NCBI RefSeq assembly: GCF_014698825.1
Contig: NZ_JACJTT010000029.1
Location: 3,797 to 67,796, forward strand
Origin: Richelia sinica FACHB-800
GTDB taxonomy: Bacteria; Cyanobacteriota; Cyanobacteriia; Cyanobacteriales; Nostocaceae
Reading direction: 5' to 3'
DNA length: 64,000 bases
In this document: in pieces, positions 42,624 through 51,886 of the stretch
Layout: every line of letters starts with the position of its first letter
Numbering within the stretch: the first letter of the stretch is position 1
Notes under the pieces: generated by a model
What the model was told of the DNA's origin: nothing
The model's database searches: none
Seen by the model: only the letters and a program-made list of their open reading frames with translations
Translations under genes and position numbers: made by a program

Positions 42624-43928
42624 TTACAAGGGTGGTGGTGGTGGTGCAGATGCCAAGAGAGCAGCTAATTCTGAGACTTGGGTAGCTGCTTGCCAATCTT
42701 GCATACCATTCTTCCAAACGAAGGTTTGAGCAGTTAAACCTTGTTGTACCAGTTGCTCAGTGGTAAATGGCCCCAACCGTTGACCATTGCTAGATATATA
42801 CCACTGGGTTTGGACTGGGGGTGGTGGTGGAGGTGCAGCCAAAACAGAAGATAATTCTGGTAATGTAGATGCTTGTTGCCAGTCTTGCATTCCTGCACGC
42901 CATACAGAAGTCTGGCCGGTTAAACCCTGTTGTAAAAGTTGTTCAGTGGTAAAAGGCCCCAACCGTTGACCATTGCTAGATAGGTACCACTGGGTTTGGA
43001 CTGGGGGTGGTGCAGGTGGTGGAGGGGGAGCTTGCATTTGGTTTTGTGCTGGGGGTGGTGCAGGAGCTTGAAAAGAGGGCTGCATTGTATTGGCTAATTG
43101 CTGTGCCATGGCCATTCCCACACCAAAATCTAAACCTGCATTTCCACCACCAGGATTTTGGGCTGACTGTTCTATGGCATTGGCAGCTTGGTATTGAGTG
43201 TATTGCTGCATATTTCCTAATAGCCCGATGGAAGCTCGTTTATCCAATGCTGCTTCTACTTCTGGTGGTAGGGAAATATTTTCGATTAGTAGTTGTGTTA
43301 ACTCAATGCCATAATTTTGGATTTCAGCTTGGATGCCATCGCGCACTTTATTCCCCATATTACGATACTGAGACGTAAAATCTAACAGAGGAGTGCGATC
43401 GCTTCCCACCCAACTAGCAAAGGAAGTGAGAATGACATTGCGGAGATGCTCACTGATTTCATCTACTTGAAACAAACCATCAGTGCTAACAAACTCCTGT
43501 AAGAGCTTCTTGGGTTCAATCACCCGAATACTATAATTACCATAAGCTCGCAACCGCACAGGGCCTAGTTCTGGGTCACGAATAGTTAGGGGGTTAGAAG
43601 TTCCCCATTTGAGATTAGTAAATATTTTGGTACTAAAAAAATAAACTTCTGCTTTGAAAGGAGAATCAAAACCATACTGCCAACCCATCAGGGTACTGAG
43701 TAGAGGCAGGTTTTGTGTAGAGAGTGTATGCATCCCAGGTTGAAATACATCCCCCACTTGTCCTTCATTGACAAAAACAGCCAGTTGTCCTGGTCTAACC
43801 GTAAGTTTTGCACCCATTTTGATTTGGTTGTTATGCCGCTCAAAACGGTAAACAATAGTATCGTTAGTTGAATCTAGCCACTCGATAATGTCTACAAATT
43901 CACCACGTAATTTCTCAAATAAACCCAT
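42624..43928 (-). CDS. SPFH/Band-7 (Band_7_1, COG4260-type) protein with Pro-rich linkers and two C-terminal GYF (DUF4339) repeats
   Basis: N-terminal MGLFEKLRGEFVDIIEWLDSTNDTIVYRF is diagnostic of the Band_7_1 family. A 48-aa unit WY(L/I)SSNGQRLGPFTTEQL(L/V)QQGLT.QT.VW..GMQDWQ occurs twice, each preceded by a poly-Pro stretch. Confidence 0.7.
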   Translation of the reverse strand: MGLFEKLRGEFVDIIEWLDSTNDTIVYRFERHNNQIKMGAKLTVRPGQLAVFVNEGQVGDVFQPGMHTLSTQNLPLLSTLMGWQYGFDSPFKAEVYFFSTKIFTNLKWGTSNPLTIRDPELGPVRLRAYGNYSIRVIEPKKLLQEFVSTDGLFQVDEISEHLRNVILTSFASWVGSDRTPLLDFTSQYRNMGNKVRDGIQAEIQNYGIELTQLLIENISLPPEVEAALDKRASIGLLGNMQQYTQYQAANAIEQSAQNPGGGNAGLDFGVGMAMAQQLANTMQPSFQAPAPPPAQNQMQAPPPPPAPPPVQTQWYLSSNGQRLGPFTTEQLLQQGLTGQTSVWRAGMQDWQQASTLPELSSVLAAPPPPPPVQTQWYISSNGQRLGPFTTEQLVQQGLTAQTFVWKNGMQDWQAATQVSELAALLASAPPPPPL

Positions 43929-44949
43929 TACCGTAGCTCCTACAATGGGAACGTATAAAAACAGATATAGTCCATATATATAATCACTTCCAATAGTGAG
44001 ATATACGGAATTCCTCCAGAAAATATTTATATGTGGTGGCGATATAGGATTTTTTCACAACACCAAGAACGTACCGAAATTGCTGCAATGACTAGCTTAT
44101 AGACTCTTAGCAGGTTATTTAATAGGTTAAATTATTTGATAGCAAACTTTACGAAAGTTCACAATTATGATTAACGAATGGAAAGCCATTATATGGCTAT
44201 CTAATTGGTATTTGTTTAAATAAAATGGGTGGTTAACAGTATTTAAAAGTAGCAGAATATGGGAATATAATAAGTAATTTCTCATCTTCCTCAATTATCA
44301 TAAATATTTTCTCGACGGAGTGCTTCATCAGTAAGATTAACAGAGCTTTCGGGAAATTTTTCTATCCACCATTGCCAAATTTTTAATCTTTCTTTAGGCG
44401 TTAAGAGTTTTTTATTTTGTAAGTTTAAATGCTGAGTAATCAGCTTTTATTGAAACAGTTGTTGTTATTGGGGAGTTAATTTGGAAACAATTTCTACAAA
44501 TGACTCAACAAGTTTTACATTCATGGTTATCTACAATATCTTTAAGGTTTTGATAGCGGAACGTCAATAAATATTATTCGGGAATAGCAAAATCGTTATA
44601 ACCAATAATTTCATATGGATACCGTTTGTTTTATGTTTCTGTTGCAGTAAGCAAAATATACATACTAGAGTTTTTGGGAATATTTACTTACATCCATCAT
44701 CTACTTATGGGTAATAATTTTATAATTTCAAATTGCACATCTTAACCTCTTGTATTATACTGAACTACATAGGTCTAATCCGAACCTTGAAAATGAGTCT
44801 TACCTCTAGGGATTCCCGATCTGGCAGAGGGTATCTGGTAAGACTTTCAATATGGAATACTTGCCAGCACTCTAACCCAAGGACTGTGCGGGAAGGATAG
44901 AGCTTGCCTTTTTCAGTGCCACTAGCAACTTTTTTGTCTAGAAGGCACA

Positions 44950-45315
44950 ATGAGCAAAAAGCGACAAAGGCATCGGCAAAGTTGTAATACCAACCCAGGT
45001 AACACCACACCTGCAAGTAACAGTCCACCTACAAAAAACAGTCCTCCTGACTCAGACAAAACTTTTACTAGAATTAGTACAAAAAAACTGCCAGCATTTC
45101 CTAATGCTGTTTCTACTAAACCAAAAACTTTTGTTCAAGGAGGTGGTGGGAAAAGAAAAAGATGGGAATGTAAATCTTTTATATATGAAGAGGATACGGA
45201 AACAGGCAATGTTGAAAAATATAGAAAAAGCGATAAAAAACATATAGGAGAATTCGACCCAATGACAGGTGAGCAAACTAAGCCTCCAAATCGAAAAAGA
45301 AAATTAAAAGACTAA
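44950..45315 (+). CDS. hypothetical highly basic, low-complexity protein inside low-GC island
   Basis: 121 aa; Lys/Arg/Pro/Thr-rich, predicted disordered; support is the ORF only. Confidence 0.3.
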   Translation: MSKKRQRHRQSCNTNPGNTTPASNSPPTKNSPPDSDKTFTRISTKKLPAFPNAVSTKPKTFVQGGGGKRKRWECKSFIYEEDTETGNVEKYRKSDKKHIGEFDPMTGEQTKPPNRKRKLKD

Positions 45316-45603
45316 TTATTTTTCAAAATTTACACAAAATCAGCATTTTTATTATTAATTCTCGATTATTTTTAATTACAAATTAGTGATTAACCAAGCT
45401 ATGTTTATGAGACAAAATCAAACAGGATAATTGCAAAAATAAATATCTATACTTAGACTTATTAAGCAGGAAAAGTTAGGGTTAGGATTAGACTTATTGA
45501 TGTTTGAACGGCATTGAGAAAGCATCCTCTTGGCAAGTATTCCCATTTTTTTAGTTAATCATGGATCTAAATTTTCACAGTAACCCTTCAAAAATAACAA
45601 GTT

Positions 45604-46527
45604 ATGAATTACTCGGCACTATACTCAGAACTATTAGATATTTTCCAATCATCTCTCTGTCTAACAAATGAAGTTTTTAATTTTTTATACACAAAATACG
45701 AAAGATTAGATGATAAAAATAAATTAAGGTATAAGATTTTGTACAACATGAAATCTACTAGTACAACTATCTTTAAAATGTTAAATCAAAGTCGTGAAGA
45801 TCCACAGAATGTTGATTTTCCATCAGTAGCAATTCTTACAAGAGGTATATTTGAATCTTATAGGAACTTTTATTATTTAACATCTGAAGCTGGTATTAGT
45901 GACAGTGAGTTTGAATTTAGATATCTCATATTTAAATCTTATGGAAATTTTGAAAAACAAGACATGATTAAAAAATTAAAAGCAGAAAACATAGATATAA
46001 TGAGAGATTTCCAAGTGCTAGAGGAAGAATTAGATGAATTAAAAGAAGATATTATAAATAATGAATTTTACCAACAAATAAAAATTGAGAATGAAAAAAA
46101 TAAACGATATAAAAAAATTCAAGATAAACAGTTATTTTCTGAAAGATTTAAAGAAGCTGTTATTGATACAAATGGATGTTTTATAAGCCATAAAAAAATA
46201 CTTTTAAAAAGATTTATAGAGTTAAATAATGGATATGAACAGTACAAACAAAAAATTGAGGCAAGATATGAGTTTTTGTACAAGTATCTATCTAATTTTG
46301 TTCATGTAAGTCCCTTCTCTCTAGATCAACCTCATCATCATATTTCTATAGATGAGTTCAAAAAAATTTTTCTTCCTATTATATTTTATTTGAATATTGC
46401 AAATGAAGACATATTAAATGATTTTCCAGAATTGGAAGAACGGTTACAAGTTACAAAAAATTACTCTAATATTTTTAAAGGATTAGAAGAATTTATTAAA
46501 TGGTTAAAATGTGATATTATAAACTAA
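45604..46527 (+). CDS. hypothetical 307-aa protein, very low GC (roughly 27% by eye), Lys/Asn/Glu/Phe/Tyr-rich, all-helical; function unknown
   Basis: Long uninterrupted ORF with island-wide AT-skewed codon usage; no motif recognised by eye. Followed by two tandem hairpins 46535..46550 (gtccg-ttaaaa-cggac) and 46565..46581 (ctgggaa-ttca-ttcccag). Confidence 0.55.
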   Translation: MNYSALYSELLDIFQSSLCLTNEVFNFLYTKYERLDDKNKLRYKILYNMKSTSTTIFKMLNQSREDPQNVDFPSVAILTRGIFESYRNFYYLTSEAGISDSEFEFRYLIFKSYGNFEKQDMIKKLKAENIDIMRDFQVLEEELDELKEDIINNEFYQQIKIENEKNKRYKKIQDKQLFSERFKEAVIDTNGCFISHKKILLKRFIELNNGYEQYKQKIEARYEFLYKYLSNFVHVSPFSLDQPHHHISIDEFKKIFLPIIFYLNIANEDILNDFPELEERLQVTKNYSNIFKGLEEFIKWLKCDIIN

Positions 46528-46534
46528 TCTTTGA

Positions 46535-46581
46535 GTCCGTTAAAACGGACTTCCGCTATGAGCCTGGGAATTCATTCCCAG
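46535..46581 (+). terminator. tandem stem-loops downstream of the 307-aa island gene
   Basis: Two perfect short inverted repeats read directly from the sequence; no strong T-tract. Confidence 0.4.
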
Positions 46582-46597
46582 AAGGGTTAGAAAGCAA

Positions 46598-46622
46598 ACT
46601 GATAAAATTAAAAAATATCAGC
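46598..46622. promoter_or_regulatory. inverted repeat ACTGATA-N11-TATCAGC 25 nt upstream of yefM; candidate TA operator
   Basis: Read directly. Type II antitoxin/toxin complexes classically autoregulate via palindromes overlapping their promoter. Confidence 0.35.
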
Positions 46623-46646
46623 TACAGCATGAGGAAAAACTCCACC

Positions 46647-46937
46647 ATGTCCAACCAAACAAACTTAACCGATGCTCGTAATAACCTAGCTGACATCTGC
46701 GCTCAAGTAGTTGCAGATAGAGAAATAATGATTATTACCCGACCAGAAGGTGAAAATGTCGCCTTAATTGCTGCTGACGAATTAGAAAGTTTATTAGAAA
46801 CCACTCATTTACTACGCTCACCAAACAATGCAGCGCGTCTTTTAACAGCTTTAGAAAGAGCAAAAACTAGAACTTTAAATCCCCAAAGTATCAACGAACT
46901 ACGTCAGGAGTTGGGAATTGACACAGAAGAAGAATGA
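46647..46937 (+). CDS. yefM: type II antitoxin, Phd/YefM family
   Basis: MSNQTNLTDARNNLADICAQVVADREIMIITRPEGENVALIAADELESLLETTHLL is the canonical YefM fold sequence. GAGGA lies 10 nt upstream of ATG 46647. Confidence 0.85.
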   Translation: MSNQTNLTDARNNLADICAQVVADREIMIITRPEGENVALIAADELESLLETTHLLRSPNNAARLLTALERAKTRTLNPQSINELRQELGIDTEEE

Positions 46938-47217
46938 ACCCAAACCCCAAGAAATTAAAGTTCGGGATGCTGTCTTTCATCCAGAATTTAGGGAAGACCT
47001 TGTTTATTGGGTGGAGACAAACCGTAAAACTGCGCTCCGTGCTTTTGATTTAATTGAAGCAATTATGCGAGATCCTTTTACTGGTGTTGGTAAACCAGAA
47101 CCTCTGAAATATTTAGATTCAGATGCGTGGTCACGAAGACTTACTCAAGAACATCGAATTGTTTATCTAATTAGTGATGACAGAATTGATTTCTTACAAG
47201 CTAGATTTCATTATTGA
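46918..47217 (+). CDS. yoeB: type II toxin, YoeB/Txe family mRNA interferase
   Basis: ...LVYWVETNRKTALRAFDLIEAIMRDPFTGVGKPEPLKYLDSDAWSRRLTQEHRIVYLISDDRIDFLQARFHY aligns over its length with E. coli YoeB. Overlaps yefM by 20 nt. No ATG near the expected start; the ORF-track start is TTG at 46918. Confidence 0.8.
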   Translation: MTQKKNEPKPQEIKVRDAVFHPEFREDLVYWVETNRKTALRAFDLIEAIMRDPFTGVGKPEPLKYLDSDAWSRRLTQEHRIVYLISDDRIDFLQARFHY

Positions 47218-47302
47218 AACTTTAGATGTAATTTCTGTACCTATTTTTTGGGTTAAATATCTCCCTGAAAACTGGGGAAATGGTTAACTCGGCTAGAACA
47301 CC

Positions 47303-48157
47303 TCAATACACCTTAGTCCGAAAACTCCGGGCTACCATCTTGGCAGAATTATGATTTGACACCTTAGAAGATTGAGGTGTATGACGATTTTGTACCAACA
47401 CTACAGCCGCAACTGCTAACAGAAAATAACCAAAGGTTTTCTGAAGTTTTTGCGCTGGCACATATTGAGCAAAATACGCACCGGGAACTGTTCCCAAACT
47501 AGCAGCAATAATAAAGGAAAACATCAAATTCCAATCAAGGGAAACATTTCCCAGATAACCTAAAAAGCCTGTAATTGAATTGAAGATAATAATGAGTAAC
47601 GATGTTCCAATTGCCTTTTTCATAGGTACTTTTCCTAACAATACCAAAGCCGGAACGATCGCAAACCCACCACCCACACCAACTAACCCAGTTAACACCC
47701 CCACACCTAAACCTTCCGTCATTAACCACAACCAACAATACTTGCAGACTGGTTGGGGATAACCTGCCAAATCTTCCTCTGTCATCACAGACTGAGAACT
47801 ACGACGAATCATAAACACTGCTGCCAAAAACATTGTCACGGCAAACAAGGTCATTTGCACAGCGTCGGTAATAATTGGCAGGGTAGCAATTTTAGCCCCC
47901 AGAAATGCCCCCACCATCGTTGTAGAACCGAAAATCAAAGCAGTCTTAAAGCGGACATTTTTAGCTCGCCAGTGGGGTATCAAGCCGAGTATACTCACAG
48001 TACCGACAATTACCAGAGTCATAGCGATCGCAGATTTTGGTGGTACACCCATCACATAAACCAAAATCGGCAACGCTAACACCGACCCACCACCACCGAT
48101 CAAACCCAAGCTTAACCCAATACAGGCAGCCAGTAAATGACCAATCACCCACGTCAT
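47303..48157 (-). CDS. TauE/SafE-family (TSUP, DUF81) sulfite/sulfur-anion exporter
   Basis: 284 aa, 8 TM; duplicated 4-TM halves with Gly-rich GLIGGGGSVLALPIL and GLVGVGGGFAIVPAL motifs. Start ATG overlaps the rhodanese stop (ATGA). Confidence 0.85.
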   Translation of the reverse strand: MTWVIGHLLAACIGLSLGLIGGGGSVLALPILVYVMGVPPKSAIAMTLVIVGTVSILGLIPHWRAKNVRFKTALIFGSTTMVGAFLGAKIATLPIITDAVQMTLFAVTMFLAAVFMIRRSSQSVMTEEDLAGYPQPVCKYCWLWLMTEGLGVGVLTGLVGVGGGFAIVPALVLLGKVPMKKAIGTSLLIIIFNSITGFLGYLGNVSLDWNLMFSFIIAASLGTVPGAYFAQYVPAQKLQKTFGYFLLAVAAVVLVQNRHTPQSSKVSNHNSAKMVARSFRTKVY

Positions 48158-48699
48158 ACACTGCTCCGTTGATTATAAGGTAGCTTCGCTAACAACATAG
48201 CCAACATACAGGTATCTGTAATACCTGCAAACATTAAACCCGCACCCACAAAACCACTGAGAATCAAAAACCAGGGAGAAACAAAAGCACCCAGTACCGT
48301 CCCTGTAAACACCAAAGACCCTGCGACAATTTGCACCTGACGCATTAAACTAATCGGTGCATTACGGTTAATTTTCGTAGCATAACCAGCAGCTTTCCAT
48401 GCACCCAATCCCGAATCTAAATGAGTAACAGCGTTAAAACCCGCATCAAATAGCTTTTGAGCAGCCATTTTTGAGCGATTCCCAGAACGACAGTAAAGAA
48501 CCACCGTTGTATCTTCATCTTGAGGAACCTTATGCGGGTCAAACTGAGAAAGAGAAACCAATCTTGCACCAGGAATATGCTCTCCTGCATACTCACCAGG
48601 TTCTCGTACATCAATTAGCGTCACAATATCTTGCTCAAGTAACTGTTTGAGAGTTTGAGCATCAATAGTTTGCAAAGTTTTCAACCCGGAAGTAGCCAT
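48154..48699 (-). CDS. rhodanese (sulfurtransferase) domain fused to DUF2892 membrane domain (YgaP-like)
   Basis: Catalytic loop LYCRSGNRS with active-site Cys; C-terminal two TM helices with GxxxG-rich DUF2892 pattern; 181 aa. Confidence 0.85.
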   Translation of the reverse strand: MATSGLKTLQTIDAQTLKQLLEQDIVTLIDVREPGEYAGEHIPGARLVSLSQFDPHKVPQDEDTTVVLYCRSGNRSKMAAQKLFDAGFNAVTHLDSGLGAWKAAGYATKINRNAPISLMRQVQIVAGSLVFTGTVLGAFVSPWFLILSGFVGAGLMFAGITDTCMLAMLLAKLPYNQRSSV

Positions 48700-48726
48700 G
48701 AAATTCTCTCCTCAATTCTCTTGTTT

Positions 48727-48747
48727 CTCTCTGCGTCTCTGCGTGAG
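48727..48747. repeat. cluster-specific octamer repeat element (CTCTGCGT)x2-GAG, copy 1 of 4
   Basis: ctctctgcgtctctgcgtgag in the 54-nt spacer between the PDO stop and the rhodanese start. Confidence 0.6.
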
Positions 48748-48753
48748 CTAAAA

Positions 48754-49443
48754 TTAAGCAGCATTACCACAACGCTGATTAGCTGGTACTGCTTCCATAA
48801 TCTTTTTCGGATTCGGCAAATTCAGATTCGCCATTAATGCAATAAACTCATCACGGGTGCGTCCTACCAACCGGGGATTAAACTGCTTTTCTTCCCCAAT
48901 AGTGGAAACAGTCAAACCTTTATAGTCGTGACCAGGATAAACTAAAGTTTCATCAGGTAAAGTAAACAGTTTTTGGGTAATCGCATCGTACATCGCACCT
49001 GCATTCCCGCTTTGGAAGTCTGTTCTGCCACAACCACGAATCAACAGCGCATCTCCTGTGAATAGATGAGTACCATTCACCAGATAGGCATTATGGCTGT
49101 CAGTATGACCGTGAGTTTGAATAGCCTCTACTCTCATACTTCCTAATTCCAATACTTCCCCATCCTTAATAAACCTGTCTGCACAAGCAGCATGGGCGTT
49201 TTCTGGTACAACTCCCAAACAACCTGTCATTTCCCGTAATTTACCCGTTCCAGTGATATGGTCAGCGTGGATGTGGGTTTCTAAGCAATATTTCAGCGTT
49301 AGTCCTAGTTCTTTAAGTAACTTAATATCCCGTTCTACTTGTTCTAATACTGGGTCAACTAAAATCGCTTCTTTCGTCACCCTGTCAGCAATTAAATAAG
49401 TATATGTACTTGTTTCTGCATCAAATAATTGGCGAAATAACAT
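48754..49443 (-). CDS. persulfide (sulfur) dioxygenase, ETHE1-like metallo-beta-lactamase fold
   Basis: MLFRQLFDAETSTYTYLIAD N-terminus, HxHxDH motif (THIHADHITG), downstream H and D ligands, C-terminal GRTDFQ; 229 aa. Confidence 0.8.
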   Translation of the reverse strand: MLFRQLFDAETSTYTYLIADRVTKEAILVDPVLEQVERDIKLLKELGLTLKYCLETHIHADHITGTGKLREMTGCLGVVPENAHAACADRFIKDGEVLELGSMRVEAIQTHGHTDSHNAYLVNGTHLFTGDALLIRGCGRTDFQSGNAGAMYDAITQKLFTLPDETLVYPGHDYKGLTVSTIGEEKQFNPRLVGRTRDEFIALMANLNLPNPKKIMEAVPANQRCGNAA

Positions 49444-49597
49444 AATGCCTGCCTCCTGATAGATTATCTTCTTATCTTTTTGTTTATAGTATAACTATAT
49501 GGTAATAATCTTGTAATGTCTAGTGGAGAGACAGAAAAAATCCAAAAATAAACCTGCCTAAAAAATTACAAAAACCACTCAAAGTATATTGACTAAT

Positions 49598-49617
49598 ATA
49601 TAACCATATGGTTATAT
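49598..49617. promoter_or_regulatory. 20-bp perfect palindrome ATATAACCAT|ATGGTTATAT in the divergent PDO/hdr promoter region; degenerate second copy at about 49490..49507
   Basis: Read directly from sequence; second copy tataactatatggtaata shares the CATATGG core. Confidence 0.45.
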
Positions 49618-49815
49618 TAAAAACAAGTCGATTTAAATGCTGGTTAATATCAGTTTCCAGGTTCCAAGCTAGATATCAGTCACCGCGTATACCATTTTGG
49701 ATTTTGGGGAGAATATCTGCGTTCTTTCCATCTATCTCATTGCCCCTACCTTTAGACAAGGGGTCATGATTACGCATTATCAATTACCAATTACTTTGTC
49801 TATAGGGTTTTATTT

Positions 49816-50517
49816 ATGGGGCAATTATTTAACGAGCTTAAAAGAGATATTCTGTACCAGCATGGCATGAATGCCTGCTTAAATTGTGGGGTTTGCACTG
49901 CCGTTTGTCCAGCCGCAGAGTTTAATGAATATTCCCCTAGAGAAGTGATGAATCTGGTGCAGTCAGAAGATGATGAACTGATTGAAGAATTATTGAAATC
50001 CGACAAAATTTGGTATTGCGGACAATGTTTTTCCTGTAAAACCAGATGTCCACGGGGTAATAGTACAGCCGCTGTTATACTTGCTTTGCGTCGTCTTTCC
50101 ATTCGTCACGGTTACTTTGCAGAATCAGAAAAAGGCAGACAGCAATTAATCGCCAAACGGGTATTTGGGGAAAACGTCTTAAAACGTGGTTATACCTTGC
50201 TGGGAGAAAATATTACACCCTCACACTTTCCCGAACTCGGTGAAAACTGGGAATACTATTATGAACACATGGCCGAAATGCGCCAATGGTGGGACGTACC
50301 AATGAATAAGGAAAATAGCCCTGGTTCCCACCGGATGATTCCCGAAAAAGATTTAGAAGAAGTGCGAGCAATTTATCAAACCACCGGTGCCGTTTCTTTA
50401 ATGGATGCAGTGGAAAAAGGTATGGAAAAGAAACTGGGAAGTAAAGCCGAAGTAGAGAAATACTGGCAAACCTGGCTAGAAACCGGAGATAGCAGAAATT
50501 ATACCGTTCCCAATTGA
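49816..50517 (+). CDS. HdrC-like iron-sulfur protein (two 4Fe-4S ferredoxin motifs) with C-terminal extension; sHdrC1 candidate
   Basis: CLNCGVCTAVCP and CGQCFSCKTRCP give 2x CxxCxxCxxxCP; 233 aa. Confidence 0.7.
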   Translation: MGQLFNELKRDILYQHGMNACLNCGVCTAVCPAAEFNEYSPREVMNLVQSEDDELIEELLKSDKIWYCGQCFSCKTRCPRGNSTAAVILALRRLSIRHGYFAESEKGRQQLIAKRVFGENVLKRGYTLLGENITPSHFPELGENWEYYYEHMAEMRQWWDVPMNKENSPGSHRMIPEKDLEEVRAIYQTTGAVSLMDAVEKGMEKKLGSKAEVEKYWQTWLETGDSRNYTVPN

Positions 50518-50560
50518 GATTTCCCAACTTTTACACGATTTATTTAAACCACACTCTTGA

Positions 50561-50599
50561 CTCCTCTCTGCGCCTCTGCGTCTCTGCGTGAGAAAAAAA
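50561..50599. repeat. octamer repeat element CTCTGCGC-CTCTGCGT-CTCTGCGT-GAGAAAAAAA, copy 2 of 4
   Basis: Between hdrC1-like and hdrB1-like genes. The ORF-track GTG start of the next ORF lies inside the repeat. Confidence 0.6.
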
Positions 50600-50671
50600 T
50601 GTGGTTTATTTACCCGCAAGTTGCTGTATAAGCCAGACGCAATATTACAACATGAAAGGAGTAAACCAGTA

Positions 50672-51718
50672 ATGAAATTAGCAGGAAAAGCCAAAGCTTG
50701 GGAAAGACATCAAAAAGCCGTACCAACAGTAGATGAACCAGGCGGAAAAGTGTGGGGATGTTTCCGTAGTTGTTTTCTGCAAAGTGCTGCTCCTTACACA
50801 GAAGGTATCGCTTATAAAATCCTCAAAAACGACCTGGGGATGGAGTTACGAGAAGCACCAGGACATACTTCCTGTGGAGCGATCGGTTATCATGGCGATG
50901 TTTCCAACTTAGAAACCCAAATGGTGATGGCAGCGAGAAACTTTTCTGTTGCTCATCATGATTTAGGTGTAGATAATCTCTTCTCCTTTTGTGTCACTTC
51001 CTTTGCCAACTACACAGAAATGATCAAACTGTGGGAAGAAGAACCAGAATTAAGAGAATACACAGAAAAAACCTTAAAAGCAACCACGGGAAGGGATTTG
51101 TGGATACCTCACGTTTCTGGTGGTAGACCTTCTGTAGTTCATGCGTCCGATGTCTTTTTTGCCAATCGTCATAAACTAGCTGCCAAAGCAAAGTATAGCC
51201 TCAAAGGTATTAAAGCCACAGACCACGTTGGTTGTCACTATGCCAAAATTTTCCCCGAAGAAGCAATGGGAGGGGCTGAGTTTCCCCAGGTATTAGTGGG
51301 GATGCTAGAAGCCTTTGGTGCAGAGATTGTTGATTATCCCGAAAGAAGACATTGCTGTGGAATGGGTTTTAGACAATGTGCTTTCCCAGAAAATCGAGAC
51401 TACACCGCCGGTTCTGTCTATAAAAAATTAAAGAGTTTAACAGAAAGCCATCCTGACTGCAAACTCATTCTTACCAACTGTCCCGGATGTACAGTATTCC
51501 TCGATGCTGAACAAGGAACAATCAAGGATGTCTTGGAAGAAGAGTTTAACGTCAGTATCCTTGACTACGCCCAACTGACAGGGTTGCTGTTAGGTTATGA
51601 CCCCTTCAAGGATTGTGGTTTGAACGCCAAAGCCGTAGCTATAGAACCGTTGCTAGATATGATTGGCATTCCCTACGACAAATCCAAAACTGCGGAAGAA
51701 CGGAGACGGCCATTTTAA
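50672..51718 (+). CDS. HdrB/HdrD-like protein with cysteine-rich CCG domains; sHdrB1 candidate
   Basis: C-terminal CCG domain CHYAKIF...RRHCCGMGFRQCAF and degenerate N-terminal copy (TSCGAIGYHGD). Start moved to ATG 50672, preceded by GAAAGGAG. Confidence 0.7.
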   Translation: MKLAGKAKAWERHQKAVPTVDEPGGKVWGCFRSCFLQSAAPYTEGIAYKILKNDLGMELREAPGHTSCGAIGYHGDVSNLETQMVMAARNFSVAHHDLGVDNLFSFCVTSFANYTEMIKLWEEEPELREYTEKTLKATTGRDLWIPHVSGGRPSVVHASDVFFANRHKLAAKAKYSLKGIKATDHVGCHYAKIFPEEAMGGAEFPQVLVGMLEAFGAEIVDYPERRHCCGMGFRQCAFPENRDYTAGSVYKKLKSLTESHPDCKLILTNCPGCTVFLDAEQGTIKDVLEEEFNVSILDYAQLTGLLLGYDPFKDCGLNAKAVAIEPLLDMIGIPYDKSKTAEERRRPF

Positions 51719-51809
51719 GAAAGTAGGAGGCAGGGAAACTCCTTCTAACAGACTTCCAACAAGTAAATTATCCAATCTTGTGGGAGTGGCTCTCTAGCCC
51801 GTCCGAGTT

Positions 51810-51839
51810 TAAGGGCAGGCAAGATGCCTACCCCACAAG
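51810..51839. repeat. 30-nt near-palindromic motif AAGGGCAGGCAAGATGCCTACCCCACAAGA (copy A), nested in a larger stem cttgtggg...cccacaag
   Basis: The reverse complement of 59305..59334 (after hcp) matches at 25 of 30 positions. Confidence 0.5.
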
Positions 51840-51886
51840 AATTAATTGAATATTTTTGCTCAACAACGTAAGTAAGGATAAAAACT

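Noticed and set aside
44765-45028. 87-aa minus-strand ORF overlapping the start of the basic-protein ORF
   Set aside because: Cys/Trp/Tyr-rich, odd composition; it overlaps a 9-bp stem inverted repeat (agtcttacc...ggtaagact). More likely non-coding structure than a gene.
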